In this document: positions 23,976-37,549 of the stretch, in pieces
Position numbering within the stretch: the stretch's first letter is position 1
How the letters are laid out: the number at the start of each line of letters is the position of its first letter
Assembly (NCBI RefSeq): GCF_009834535.1
Contig: NC_045696.1
Span: 112,904,001 to 112,968,000, forward strand
From: Camelus ferus
Taxonomy: Eukaryota
Length of the DNA: 64,000 nt
Reading direction: 5' to 3'
Translations under genes and position numbers: made by a program
The notes under the pieces: generated by a model
What the model was told of the DNA's origin: nothing
The model's database searches: none
What the model saw: the letters and a program-made list of their open reading frames with translations, nothing else

Positions 23976-24869
23976 TGAGACCAAGGATTTATGAAGGACC
24001 TACTGTGTGCAGTGCACAGAATACACTGATCCCCCTATCCTCGGAGAGATCTAGCAGAGAAGCAACAGTATGCACATTGACAAATACCTCTACAGGCTAA
24101 TGCCGGATGGTGCTTAAGTGTTAAGAAAACAGTAAAACTGGACAATGAGTGTATTTAAAATGGGCTGATCAGAGAGGCGTCTATGAGGAGGTGACAACAG
24201 AGTCCAGACGTCAAAGCCAAGAAGGAACTCTGCATGGAAACAGGCCACAGGCATGAACCCTTCCCCTCCTTTTTCTGCCTCCAGTTTACTGGGCTCCCCA
24301 GACTTGGGGAGACCGGGTTGCAGTTTGCAAGCTCCTCCTGCTTACGGGGCTACTGTTTGGGCAGGAAAGTCCCAGGAAAGGCCCTGGCAGGACCACCCAT
24401 CTCTCCTAGGCTCTGAACTCCCAGACACTTCTCTCCCAAGGGCTGTTCCACCCTGGGCTGTATAATTAATGCTCATTATGCTTCATGCCTGAGCTGTACA
24501 TTTTGCCAAGTACTTTACCACTTGAAAAAATATTTCTGACTTCCAGTCATTGATGAGGCAGCCTGGTGTTAGACACACACGGAGTTCCCACAAAGGAAAC
24601 AGACAGCTCGAAAACATGAATATGCCCAGGGCCAAAGGGCAAGTCAGGGAAAGATCAAAGGCAGCTTGGGGCAGTTTACCCCACCCTCAGCTCTGCTGAG
24701 GGCTTTTACCCAGGGCCCTTTAATTCCCACAAGAAACCCTTCAAGCGGGCAACATTAGCTCCGTTTAACACATAAAGAAACTGAGACATTTACCAAAGTC
24801 ACCTATAGCCACTTAGTTAATTAGGGGAATCCAGCTACAAACCCAGAATTGTCTGACTTTGAAATCCAG

Positions 24870-25260
24870 TGTCTCAACACTGGTTCCCTGGAAACAGAGC
24901 CTATGACTGAAATGCTCGTTGGAGCAATTTTTGTACAAAGTGCTTTCAAGAGACGAGGAGGGATGCAGGATAGACTAGGTGGGAAAACTGAGCAAGAATG
25001 TGGTCTCAACCGGAGACTGGCTTTAGCCTATTCCATGGAGAATGTGAGTTGTATCACTGAGTTAGTCTCACTTTGAAGCAAAGGGGAAGCCTTCTGTACC
25101 CAGTGTCAGCCAGTCTTTGGTGTTTGTCCAGAGCCATTAGCAGCCCAGCCCACAGCAGCTTAAGAAGTGGGTGCAGCAGCCCAGTGAAAGGGCTTTGGCT
25201 GGGGAACCAGCAGCATCCACTAGGCACAGTGGCAGTTTTTTGCCCCCAGCCTCACCTAGG
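24870..25260. mobile_element. MaLR (MLT1-type) LTR remnant
   Basis: GGTTCCCTGGAAACAGAGCCT start and TGTACCCAGTGTCAGCCAGTC motif; similar to 3980-4385. Confidence 0.6.
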
Positions 25261-25309
25261 ACATCAGAGATGCCCAGGAAACTCCAAAACACTACCGTCT
25301 TACTGGAGC

Positions 25310-26965
25310 AAAAATTTTTGAAATTTGTATGGAAACAAAGAAGACCCCAAATAGCCAAAACAATCTTGAGAAAGAAGAACACAGCTGGAGGAATCACACT
25401 CCCTGGTTTCAGACCATACTACAGAGCTACAATAATCAAGATGTATGGTACTGGCACAAGAACAGGCAAATAGATCAATGGTACAGAACAGAGAGCCCAG
25501 AAATACGCCCATGCACCTACAGCCAATTAATCTATGACAAAGGAGCAAGAATATACATTGGAGAAAAGGCAATCTCTTCAATAAGTGGTGCTGGGAAAAC
25601 TGGACTGTGTCATGTAAAAGAATGAAATTAGAACATTCCCTAATACTATATGCAAAAATAAACACAAAATGGACTAAAGACCAGACACTATAAAACTCCT
25701 ACAGGAAAACATAGGCATAATACTCTTTAACATAAATCACAGCAATATTTTTTTGGATCCATTGCCTAGAGTAATGGAAATAAAAGCAAAAATAAACAAA
25801 TGGGACCTAATTAAATTTAAAAGCTTTTGCAAAGGAAAGGAAACCATAAACAAAACAAATGATGCGACTGACAAGGGATTGATTTCCAAAATATACAAAC
25901 AACTCATACAGCTTAAAAAAAAAAAAACAAAAACCCAACAACCCAATCAAAAATTGAGCAGAAAGCGTAGACATTTCTTCAAAGACATACAGATGGCCAA
26001 CAGGGACATGAAAACATGCTCAGTATCGCTAATTATTAGAGAAATGCAAATCAAAACTACAATGAGGTATCATGCCAGCCAGAATGGCTCTGATTAAAAA
26101 GTTTATTATTTGTAATTATTATTACAAATAATAAATGCTGGAGAGGGTGTGGGGAAAAAGGAACCCTCCTATGCTGTTGGTGAGAATGTAGCTTGTTGCA
26201 GGCATTATGGAAAACAGTATGGAGTTTCCTTAAAAAACGAAAAATCCCACTCCTCAGCATATATTCAGAGAAAACTCTAGTTCGAAAAGATATGTGCACT
26301 CCAATATTCGTAGTGGCACTATTTATAATAGCCAAGACAGAAGCAGCCTAAAAGTCCGTTGACATATGACTGGATAAAGATGTGCTTTATAGATACATAT
26401 ATAATGAAATATTACTCAGCCATAAAAAAGAATGAAATACTGCCATTTGCAGCAACATGAATGGACCTATAGATTATCATATTAACTCAAGTAAGTCAGA
26501 CAAAGACAAGTATCATATGTTATCACTTATATGTGGAATTAAAAAAAATTCAAATGAATTTAGCAGACATAGAAAACAAACTTGTGGTTACCAAAGGGGA
26601 AGGAGGGGGAAGGGACAAGTTAGGAGTTTGGGATTAACATATACAGACCACTATGTATAAAATAGATTAACACTTATAATGAAAAAGAATATGAAAATGA
26701 ATATATATGTATGTGTATGACTGAAACATTATGCTGTACATCAGAAGTTGACACATTGTAAACTGGCTATACTTCAATAAAAATAAATAAATCAAATAGA
26801 TAAACAATAAGGACTTAATGTATAGCACAGGGAACTATATTCAGTATCTTGTATTACCCTATAATGGAAAAAATAATAATATATAGAATGGAATCACTTT
26901 GCTGTATATCTGAAACTAACACAGCATTGTAAATCAACTATACTTCAATTTAAAAAATTTAAACA
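25310..26965 (+). mobile_element. 5'-truncated L1 (ORF2 C-terminal part plus 3' UTR), frameshifted
   Basis: ORFs translate to [60 protein letters not shown], all L1 ORF2-like. Confidence 0.95.
26673..26793 (+). mobile_element. Very short younger L1 3' end nested in an older L1 3' UTR
   Basis: TSD AAATAGATTAACA (26660-26672) / AAATAGATAAACA (26794-26806); A-rich tail. Confidence 0.75.
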
Positions 26966-27014
26966 AAGAGCCACCATGGTCTTCCTACCTCCTAGGGCCA
27001 CAAACTTCCCTTTA

Positions 27015-27210
27015 AGGATCTCAAACTTAAAAGCACACGTAGCATCACCTGAAGGACTTGCTGAAACACATTGCTGGGACCCATTCTCAGAGTTTACAAT
27101 TCTGTAGGGTTGGGTAAGTTCTGATAATTTGCATTTCTAACATGTTTCCAGGTGAGACAGTGCTGCTGGGCCGGGGCAGGGGTGGGGAGGTACCCTTTGA
27201 GATCTACCAT
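27015..27210. mobile_element. MER5A-like hAT MITE
   Basis: TCTCAAACTT...CATCACCTG...ATTGCTGGG.CCC...TTTGCATTTCTAACA.GTT.CCAGGTGA; similar copies at ~34682-34810, 35543-35705, 44335-44495. Confidence 0.75.
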
Positions 27211-28078
27211 CTGCAGCATCATTTCAAGGCAGTACATCTGTTCCCAAGTGACACCTATATTAAACCAGTCAATGCTCCCTCATTTTAACCAGGCTTTCCG
27301 TGGGTAACATGCCTCCCCAAGTAGCTACTCCACTGGTAAAATTATGAGAATCTGTGGCTGCTAAGTTAGATATACATGTCTTTGTGGTCCCCTCTTGGTG
27401 ACCTCAAGGATTCAATCCAACCAAAAAGAGAATTTGGAACTGTGGATGTTAAAAGATTGACTTAAGGCAAAATACTGCATTGGCATAAATTTTGACCTCA
27501 GGCCTCCAGACTCCTTTTCTGCCTTATGTGTCTCCTTCCTATTCCTGCTAAAGGCCCCAGAAGCTGACTTACACCCACTCACAAGAGCTGATTTGAGTCC
27601 ATCTCTTCCCAACTGCCATGGAAATTAGTAAATACTAAAAAAACAGGGCTCTTTTCCCCTAGAGTGTTAAGTTACTAATCTTCCACTGCATAGTACTACA
27701 TATCCCCTCCCCACCCTTAAAAAAGGTGTTTCAAAACAGATTTTAAAACTCACACCAATGTATAGTTGAAAATGAAATTTAATATATTTGCACGCCAAAC
27801 ACGTACCTGTTCTGAGACACACTATCCCTAGAGCTTTCACGTGTTTTTCTTTATTCTCAAAATAACCCACTGAGGTGTTACCCTAAGTCTAGAGAAGAGG
27901 AAACAGACTCTCAGAAGTTAGTGGACTTGCCTAAGTTCATACTTAGAGACAGCCCCTGATTACCAGTCCATAGCTACCAACCCCTCAAATCCAAGTTCTT
28001 TTTCCTGCTATATTCCAACTTTCTTGCATTTTGAGAAAAGATCAAATCTTAAACAAAAGAAATGATTCTTTAATGTAA

Positions 28079-28563
28079 CAGTTCATAAACGTTTTGGTCC
28101 TAGGATTTCTTAATACTCTCAAAAAGAATTAAGGACCCCAAAGAGCTTTGGTTCTGTGGATTATGTCTGTCAATATTTATAGTATTAGAATGAAACAGAA
28201 ATGTTTAAGATTTTTTCAAATCAATTTGTTTAAAAATAGCAATGGCAAACCATTACATGTTAAAGTAAATAACACATGTTTTATTAAAATAACTATATTT
28301 TTCCAAAACAAGAAAGTATTTAGTGGAAAGAATGTCATTATTTGCATTTGCATTTTTCACATTTCTTTAATGTCCAGCTTAATAGAAAACAGCTGGAGAC
28401 TCATAACTGCTTCTGCATCTAATCTGCTACATCATGTTTTTAGGGTTGAAGAATACAGAGAAAATCTGGCCTCACCCAGATCAGAAAAGGAAGGATGTCC
28501 TGGATCCTCAGAAATGGTGTTGGGAACCCCGAAGGGATCTTTGAATCCCCTTGAGGACTGCTG
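28079..28563. mobile_element. hAT-Charlie non-autonomous element
   Basis: AGGACCCCAAAGAGCTTTGG...AACCATTACATGTTAA motifs recalled from Charlie1-type elements; CAG...CTG ends. Confidence 0.65.
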
Positions 28564-29489
28564 ATCTAATTGTTAGATTTCAGGCTCAGAACAGAGATGA
28601 GGAAGCCATGGCTTCAAACTTTAAGTCCATCCAGTTGCATGTATATCAAACTGTAGAATCTGATTAATCAGCTGGGCTGGGTGATCATTCTGTAGAGTAA
28701 ACCCAAAAACTAGACTGTGGCATTTGAAGTTTCCCTCCCCACTCCTTCTGTCTTTTAAACCTCAGTCACTGCCAACCCCTTGATTTTTCCAAATCCCAAC
28801 AATGGATTCTGCAATACTATTTACTTATTCAGCAAATACTGATTAAGCATCTCCTGTATCCCAGGCACCATGCTAGACACTGGAGGCATAATGGAATGCA
28901 AAACATTGAAGTCGCTGCCTTCATGGCACTCACAGTTGAGTGGGAGAGACTGACTGTGCTAAGTGTGGGGACAGAGAAGTCTGGGAGTTGGGGAGATTTT
29001 CTGCAGACTTGGGAGGTCCTTCCTGGGGCCGAGCCGAGGGGCAGCCTGAAGAGTCCTGGATGCTCATTCACTGGGATGCAAACAGAGAGCTCAGACAGCA
29101 AGGCTGCAGATGTGTGAAATCAGGCCAGAGAAATGAGGCCCATAAGCCATGTCAAGGACTGGGGTCTTTCTCCTAAATGAAACAAAAAGCCAAGTTTTAA
29201 GTGGAAAGGGATGAGATGTGGTTTAGATCATTCAGAAGAATTCACTCGAGTCTAGGCAAGAGTGGGCAGGAGCTTCCGTTCATATGTGGGGGCAGATAAA
29301 GACCAGTGCATGGACTGGAGAGATGCTGGGAGGCAAAACTGAAAAGCCCAACGTTAGGTTGGACCCGGGGGAAGGCAGGTGTCAGGGGTGTCTCCCACGT
29401 TGCTGCAGACATCTGCTGAATAGCTCCTACATGTCTGCCACTGTACCAGGCTCTGATGTCACGGCAGAATAGGAGTTAGGATTGAGTTT

Positions 29490-29970
29490 GACTAGGAGGA
29501 ACAGAAAAAGAAAAGCTAAACATTGCTTGAATAAGACAGATTTTTTCTTTTTATCTTCATTCATTGAAAAGTCTAGACACTCGAGGCTCAGGACTCTCCT
29601 GCAGGAAATCCTCAGAATTCAAGTTCCTGTGACATCATTGCTCCTCCGGGCAACACTTCCATTCCCAAGGTTCCCCAAGTATGGCTGTTCCAACTTTGAC
29701 CATTATACTACGCCGGCATGATGCTTCCAGCCAGTAGGCAAAGGAGAAGAATACAAAATAAGGGACAAAACATAAGACTTCCCACATGCAGCCACGCATC
29801 ACTTTTATTTCTAGCCATTGCCTAGTGTTAGTCACCTAACCCAGAGAAGCTGCAAGGGGTGCTGGGAAGTAGAGTCTTCATTCTGGGCAGCTCTGTGCAC
29901 AGACAGGAATTTTATTAGTTGGGATAAGGAAAAAAGGATATTGAGGGACAACCCACAATTTCCACAAACA
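29490..29970. mobile_element. MaLR (MLT1-type) LTR remnant
   Basis: TTAGTCACCT...AGCTGCAAGGGGTGCTGGGAAGTAGAGTCTT motif. Confidence 0.55.
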
Positions 29971-30472
29971 CCAAATTAGACACAGGTGTTGCACTTTTAA
30001 GAGCCTCCAACAATTCAAGATCAATGGTTTCCATCTTTCCAGTCTCAGTTTTCCTCATCTGTCCAACAAGAGGACCCCTACCAAGTAACCACTATAATTT
30101 CTTCGAGCTCTGGAGTACTATGATTCTGTGTACCCTTCTCTTACAATGAGGGCTTTTACATCTATTGATTTGTCAAAAGCACTGATTATATTTCTTTTTT
30201 GTCAAACACATTTTGCTGAAAGACACTTAGGACTCTCTTTGCTGACATTGGATTATCTAGAATCAATCAAACATGCTGTTTTGCTGGTTTGTGTATTTGA
30301 TGCACTTGTTTTGTGAAAAATAAAATGTTAGAACAGTGGAAAAATGTAAACTTCTTATGGTCGTTTGAGTTCACCACGTCATCTGAAAAGTGTTAGGAGT
30401 AACTATCACTTCTTCTAAGTAAACGTAAAAGACAAACACTTCTTCGATTAAAAATAATGCCTAATTACAAAC

Positions 30473-30646
30473 TTTTTTTTCTTTTTTTTATTGATTTATA
30501 ATCATTTTACAATGTTGTGTCAAATTCCAGTGTTCAGCACAATTTTTCAGTCATTCATGGACATATACACACTCATTGTCACATTTTTTTCTCTGTGAGT
30601 TATCATAACATTTTGTGTATATTTCCCTGTGCTATACAGTGTAATC
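30473..30646 (-). mobile_element. Short L1 3' end
   Basis: Poly-T start, antisense L1 tail motifs (TTTCCCTGTGCTATACAG), flanking TACAAAC repeats. Confidence 0.75.
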
Positions 30647-33252
30647 TACAAACATTTTTGATGGTGAGTAGAAAATCAGGAATTATTCAATTATTCAATT
30701 ATTATTATGATCATCCCAGATCTATCTGATTTTAGACAGTTGGGAGGTGGGAGAGGTCGCCTACTCTGTGTTTGGTTATTTTTTGTCTGTTTATTCAATT
30801 AGTGTTTATTGTTCAATGTTGTTCTGGTTAACTTCAGTGTTTAGGCCGAATTTCCAGAAGTGACTGTAGAACAAAACCCACTAAAATATTGGGTACCCAC
30901 AGGAAGAAGGATTTATAATTTGCCAAGGTCACACAACAAAGTAGATCATGTATAATGCGAATTAGCCAGTCCTGACCGCAGTCTCTAGACTCCTCATAAA
31001 TCTAGCTAGCCGTAGAAAAATGATGAAATGATAACTTTCACTCTTAATTGCAGTTTTCTATTGAATTACTTTAATTCATATTAGAGCACAATGATATTTC
31101 TCATTTCATTTAGTATGCAAAGCTTTCCTGATTTGATTTACTGCAATTGAATACTTCAGAGAACTGTTGGCATGAAATAGGATTCTACCTGTTTTCCATC
31201 AATTAGTTGTTAATTCTGTTAAAAATTTAAGGAATATGAAAAAGAAGGCATGGAAAGTATACATTTTATGAAATCTTATATACATTTATAAACTTATTTT
31301 TAAATATATCTCATAATGTTTACATGTATGTTTATAAACATTAAATTTATGTTTAAATTATGAGACCTATTTCCTGTTAAATTAATTTCAATAACAGATT
31401 TAGCAGACAAGGTGCCTACTGTTTACAGGTATCTTTTCCCCTCAAATAAGGGTGATTTGAAAACTGGCGAGAAAAATATATCTTTTAAATTTACCTTTCC
31501 TCATTGCTTCTCAACCTAAAATTCAGACACAAAGCTTTAAATACAAATGTATGTGTGTCTATGTGTGTTTATGTGGATGTATATATAAATACATAGAGAT
31601 GTAAATATTCTCATCTATTTTCCTGCATGGGGCTATTTCTCCTGTAAGAAAGCGTGGTTTATATCAATTTATTTGGCCTCTGAAAGAACTTGACAATGAG
31701 ATAATTTAAATATAGGCCATTTTAAAACTGTTAACCTTCTGATAACTTTATAAATGCAGTAGCCAGTGACATACTATAAAGTACAATTTGTCAGCTTTTA
31801 AGATAACGAGCTGAAACTTGCTTGTTCAGATTCGAGCAGAGATAAGAAGCCTGACTATTTAAGCAAGAACTCCCAGTTTTACAGTTGCCCAGAGATTTAA
31901 ATAAGGCGGGATGATTGTCTATTGCAGCTCATAATAATGCTCTTAAATTCAGAGCTCCAAATACCCACACTCACCAGTCGGCATGCTTCTCAGAGCTTCC
32001 AGACTGAGAAGCTGCAGCTGTGTTTATGTGGTAATTTAGAACCCCTATTACATATGCAAGCAGCCAGGCTCCACGGCTCAATCACAATGCATTCATTTTG
32101 CTTTTTTCGTACCAAAGAAATAAAATCAGAGAACTATATAGCATTATGACCAGCTCTTTAAAAAAATCACAAAAATCAGGAGATTGAAAATTATAGTCCT
32201 ACCGAAAAAAAAAAAAAAAAAACAACCCACAAACTCCATGAATCTTTTCCATTCCCTGTTACACAAAGTTCAACAACAGAAATTCCAGATAGATGTAGTT
32301 AAGGTGTGGTATTCAGCTCTGTAAATATTTATTAAGGCAAAAAAACCCCCCAACAACCGTGTTACCATAATTAGAGGAATTAAAACATGAATAGGGCAGG
32401 CCTCTTACCTGGGGATGTTGGAGCCTAACAGAAGATACTTGGAATCAAATATCGCACGTGTGTGTGTGTGTGTGTGCACGTACACTCATGCACAAATGCA
32501 TGGGTAATATTCTTTGCAGAGAACACCAATAAACAAAGTTTGTTTCCAGATATACATAAGATTCTGGCTGTTTTCCTTTGGGGATATTACAGATCTGTGC
32601 AGTTGTGTTACTTATGATTCACATAACAATGGGTTTTAAAGTATTTGTTTACTGTCTAACTTTGCAGTGACTCTTGCAAAAGTGTATGCAGTTCATCTCA
32701 CTATATATAATAGTCAGATACCGAAAAGTTGTGTAAAAATTTGCTTTTGGGTGAATGAAATACTACTTTAATCATACTTAATGGTACCTCAAATTCAAAT
32801 TTTTAAAAATCCTTCTAATTTAGATGCTTTTTACCAGTTTGGGCTTTCTCTTCTTATTTTTGCTCACCAAATAAGTGTGCATAGGACGAGGAGGATGCAT
32901 TGGCTTATTGCAAGAAAAATTTTATTCTTAAACATTCGAACACATTTTTAAAGGTGCTGTAGAGAAGTGAAGCTTTTATAGTTATATTGGAATATAACAA
33001 AGACTGTTTCTGATTTACTCTTGGGTTATATTTCGGGTGTTAAGATGATTGGAATGCAGAAGTTTCTACGGGAAACAAACTCTTAACCTGCTGGGTGTTC
33101 AAGAAAGCCACACAAAAGCAATTAGTTTCTCTAAGGTAAAGCTCAGTAGTAACTGTTTTTAAACGCTTTTTTTTTTTTTTTCTTCAACATTTGAGTGCTT
33201 CACGTGAGGGAGACCAAGCAACAGAAGTACTCCTTCACCCCAGTGGTCAGGG

Positions 33253-34044
33253 TGTCACAGCCTGTAAGTACAAGTGACCGCTAAGCCAGGGCTCCGGAGG
33301 TGATGGGGGAGGGGGCTGGGAAGAAGGACCGGGGTCGGACAACTGAGCTGCAAAGGATGGAATGTGAGTCTACGGTGAGGGGTCTTCTGCTTTGTTTTCT
33401 AAGGAGCTATAGGAAAGAACTGCTGTTGCTACTGAATTTGTCAGCTGGACCCGCACGGGTGTCCTAGCCTGGGTGAGACGCTCTATCTTGGCCAGGGAGG
33501 TTCTTTTTCCGATCGAATTTGCACAGCCAATAAGGAAACCAATCCTGAGACTGAAACAGCCCGTTTGATTCAATGGCCAAAGGCTGGAGAAGCAGGAACC
33601 TCCAGAGAATGGATAAGTTCCCAAATCAACTTCTCAACCCAGTTCAGGCAGGGACACCAAATATATAGGAGGGTGGAAGTAAAAGGAAGGGATTTGGAAA
33701 GAGTGGGAGAAATATCCATGAGTTAATCAAAAGAGGGGTGTGGTATGGAACTGGGGCTGATGCAGCTCTCTCTTTTCAGTCCTTGCATGGGCTTTTCCAG
33801 TTGTTGTCATGGTGCTGGTGGGGGGAAGGTGTCATTTACCAGGCTAATGTATTACAATAGGGAGCCTATAGGGAGTCTCAAGGCCCACTGGAAGTCAGAT
33901 CTTCTGCCATCTTGGTCCTAGTTGGTTCTAATGAGTTCTTGCTTTTTTCTCTCTGCAGCTTCCCCCTGATACTTAGGTAAGAGTAATTGGTTTCTATTTG
34001 AGGGAGGGATGGGGTATGATTCTGGGGTGACAGCCTGGGTAATA
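33253..34044 (-). mobile_element. ERV1-class LTR (family A related)
   Basis: CTGGAAGTCAGATCTTCTGCCATCTTGG is nearly identical to ~570-597; right end matches 18666-18782 in reverse; left boundary approximate. Confidence 0.75.
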
Positions 34045-35209
34045 CTATCACTGAGATTAATGAATGGAAAGGAGACCTCAAGCAGAAACACTCCATCTTA
34101 TGCACTCTCCTCTCCCCAAACAATTAGATAGAGGAGGAGGAGGATGATAGGTAGGAAGGTAGATAGACAGATAGTAGATAAATTGCTAGATAGGTAGGTA
34201 AAAACTTTCAAAATCATAGGAAAAGACAGAGGTATACATGCAGTCTACACCCAGTAGCTACAAGCATGGTTTCAAACTCAGACGATATGGAGAAGTTTTA
34301 ATCTCTGATTCACTATTTTGCATAATTTGGGGCAAGTACTTAAACTTCTCTAGGCTTCTATTTCCCATCAGGAAAGAAAAAAAAAAAAAAAGGAGATGAT
34401 AATAGCGCTGAACTCACAGGCTGTGGTAAAGGAGTAAATGAAATAATGCACGTAAAGTGATGAACACAAGTCCAGAACCCAGGAGCCCTCACTAACCCCA
34501 GCAGCAGCAGCAACAGCAATATTTTCGTGGCACGTAGTTGAAGGCTGCAGGGACACAGAAAAAAGCATATTCAACCAGGGAGCACCTCCAACTTAACTAG
34601 ATTTGTAACCTTGCCTAGGTCATTCCATTTCCTTGGGTCTCAGTTTCCTCGGGTAAAATAAGGGGGTAGGTTTAGATAAACCAGTGCTTCTCAAATATCC
34701 ATGTGCAGAGAATCACTTGAGGAACTTGTTAAAATGTAGACGCTGGTTTAACAGCTTTGAGGGGCTGGGGGTGAAGGCTAAAACCCTGTACTTCCAATAA
34801 GTTTCCTGAATGAGGCCCCTGCTGGCTTGAGGATCACATTTAGTAGCAAAGGTGTAGGTGGTGTCCAGCAAGAGTCTCTTCCAGCTTCCGAACCATAGTT
34901 TATGATTATGGTGGTGGCCCATGAAGCGGGGATATAGGATTCAGGTGCACTTGAGAGGGAAACCAGTCTCAAGTTATTCTGGACGTTGTGTCTCTAGACT
35001 TCCCATGGATCTTGGAAGGGAAGGCCAGGGCGGAGCTGAGGGAGCAGAAGGGGGTTGGCTGCTGAGAAGGTGGGCCAAGGGGGATTTTCTAATATGGTCC
35101 TCAGGCCAGAGGCAATTGATGAAGTGGCAGTAAAGAGGGAAGGGAGGCTTGAGGGAAGAACTGAAGTTGGGAGAGTTCTTTTTTTCTTGATTCTGGAAGG
35201 CATCATGGT

Positions 35210-35490
35210 GTAAGAGTGAAGAGTCAGAGGTTCTGGGGGGGGGGGGGTGTGTGTGTGTGTGTGTGAGATCAACCGGAGATGGACTGTTATCCCAGCTCTG
35301 CAGCTTAATGGCTGACCTTGGGCAAACTGCTTAATTTTTCTTAACTTTATTCCTTCCTTTATAAAATAGGATAACAGCACTTCACCGGGCTTTCATGAGA
35401 ATTAAATGAGATAGTGTATAAAGTGCATAGTGCAAGGCTTAAGTGCACAGTATGTGTTCATAAAAGATTACCCATTATAAAGATCATTGT
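35210..35490 (+). mobile_element. MIR SINE with internal G-run/(GT)n microsatellite
   Basis: TGACCTTGGGCAAACTGCTTAA...GAGAATTAAATGAGATA core; other MIRs at ~34270-34500, 48810-49030, 51280-51490. Confidence 0.7.
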
Positions 35491-36558
35491 CGTCATCATC
35501 CCATTGTCACTACATTATCCCAATTCTATTTTAGTTTCTGTAGCAGTGACTCTCAAACTCCAGCGAACCAACTGGGGGTCTTGTTACAACACAGATTGCT
35601 GGGCTGCACCCTGCAGAGACTCTGATTTAGTCAGGAGGTCTTGGGTGAGACCCAAGAGTCTACATTTCTAACAGGTGTGAAGACCACACTGAAAACCACT
35701 GATCTACAGAATTCTTTCCTGTAACTGGCATGATTAAGGGGAGAATAGTCCCCGGCAAGTGAATTTTCCGCATAAATGAAGCTGACCTCCCATGGAATAC
35801 TATCTTATTTCTATCCATTTTGGATGAAAGTTTTAAAAATAAATGTATCATTTTTCTTCTTCTCTCTGTGAGTAGGGGCTCTTAAATACAATTTAAGACA
35901 AAATTTTTGAGCGAAGTCATCAAGTAGTGCATCTTGATTTCAGAAGGGATGAGAAAGTGTGGCCTTTGACTTAACAAAAAGATCAACCTGAACATTTCTA
36001 GAATGTATTTCTAAAGGAACAGCCACAGGACCCTGGAAGATATACTGGTGAAACTGCCGGTCAGCGTGAGTTCCCTGAGAATGAGCATCTCCAGTTAACC
36101 TTACTCCCTTTATTGTTGTGATTGCTGGACTGGTAAACGGGAGGAGTGTTGTGGGTATGGGTATTGACTAGCCGGGAATACCAGGCAGTATCAATGTGCT
36201 TTGAGAGAGAACGGTGTTACCCTGAGTAGATGTTTCTTGCAGAGTGCCAGCCAATTCTCAGCCTTGTATTATTCTTTCTTAATTTGGTTGAAAAGTTTTG
36301 GGCCAGAGCATAACATAATACCATTCCCCATGGGGGTTAAAGCACTGGCAAGAAACTATATGGCAGGAAGAATAAAGAGTTTGAAAGTTTGGAAGGGAGG
36401 GGGCAGGGTAGACTTTGAGTTTCCCACCCAGTCCAGAAGTCTGCGATTCTCTGAAGGTTAGGGTCACTTCTTATGGCTCTGTGGTATAATGTCCAACACA
36501 GGTAGGCAAGTGCCTTAGAGTATTTGGTCTTTAGTAACAGGATAACAGCAAATTAACT

Positions 36559-36720
36559 TTATTTTTTTTTAATATTTATTTAAAATTTTTTTGCTATTTT
36601 GTGGGGGAGATAATTAGGTTTTTATTTATTTACTTACTTCTATTGGAGGTACTGGGGATTGAATTCAGGACCTTGAGCATGCTAAGCAAGCATTCTACCA
36701 ACTGAGCTATACCCTCCCCT
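36559..36720 (-). mobile_element. tRNA-derived camelid SINE (Vic-1-like)
   Basis: Minus strand reads GGGGAGGGTATAGCTCAGTTGGTAGAATGC...GGTCCTGAATTCAATCCCCAGTACCTCC with A/B boxes and A-rich tail; TSD AGCAAATTAACT / AGCAAACTAATT. Confidence 0.85.
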
Positions 36721-36874
36721 CTAGCAAACTAATTCCCAACACACACTCCTTGCTGCCCACCTAGCTTTTACCCCTTCACATACGTCTTCTTTCTTCAATC
36801 CATTCTTTGATTGTTCTTTCAACTCTACAAAAGTATGTAAAACCAGTAACGAAACTTGATAAGAAATATAAATG

Positions 36875-37275
36875 CAACATGAGTAAGCAGACCAGAAAAA
36901 GACAAATATCATATGAGATCCCTTTATGTGGAGTCTAAAAACAAGAGACAAACGAACTTATTTACGAAACAGGAATAGACTCCCAGACATAGAAAACGAA
37001 CTTATGTTTACCAAAGGGGAGGGGAGAGAGAGAGAAATTAGGACTTTGGGATTAACAGATACACATTACTATAAATAAAATATATAAACAACAAGGAATA
37101 TAGTTCCCTGTACTATAAAGCACAAAGAACTATATTCAATATATTGTAATAACCTATAATGGAAAAAAATCTGAAAAAGTTTGCATATCACTTTGCTGTA
37201 CACCTGAAACTGACTTTGCTGTACACCTGAAACTGACTCAAGATTGTAAATCAACTATACTGCAATAAAATAAAA
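36875..37275 (+). mobile_element. L1 3' UTR fragment with internal 23-bp tandem duplication
   Basis: L1 tail motifs; CTTTGCTGTACACCTGAAACTGA repeated twice at ~37191-37236. Confidence 0.8.
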
Positions 37276-37515
37276 AGTAAAGGAACAAAAGAATAAAGAA
37301 GTTTGGGGAGGGTTAAAAAAAAAAAAGGAAGCTGACCAATGGAGAACATAAGTGACCATTTGTGGGGTTTGGTGTAAGGGTCTCAGAGGGTGTTTTCTCT
37401 TATGTGTATGTTCCAGAGGAATGAAATTATCCAAACTTTGGCTCCAGAGCTGTCCTAGGTCACCACAAGGCTCAGCCATCTTTTCAGTGACTATTTGCAT
37501 TTCAGAGTAAATTGA

Positions 37516-37549
37516 GCATTGGTGGTATAGTGGTGAGCGCTGCCTTCCA
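37516..37549 (+). pseudogene. 5' half of tRNA-Gly(TCC), tailless retroposed copy
   Basis: GCATTGGTGGTATAGTGGTGAGC-GCTGCCTTCCA matches the recalled 5' half of mammalian tRNA-Gly-TCC (GCGTTGGTGGTATAGTGGTGAGCATAGCTGCCTTCCA); flanking repeats CAGAGTAAATTG / CAGAGCAAATTG. Confidence 0.8.

Noticed and set aside
25171..26660. Protein-coding gene from clustered plus-strand ORFs
   Set aside because: Fragments are frameshifted L1 ORF2 C-terminal pieces
36640..36720. Functional tRNA gene
   Set aside because: tRNA-like head is followed by a SINE body, A-rich tail and TSD, and a second copy exists at 62.5 kb; it is a SINE
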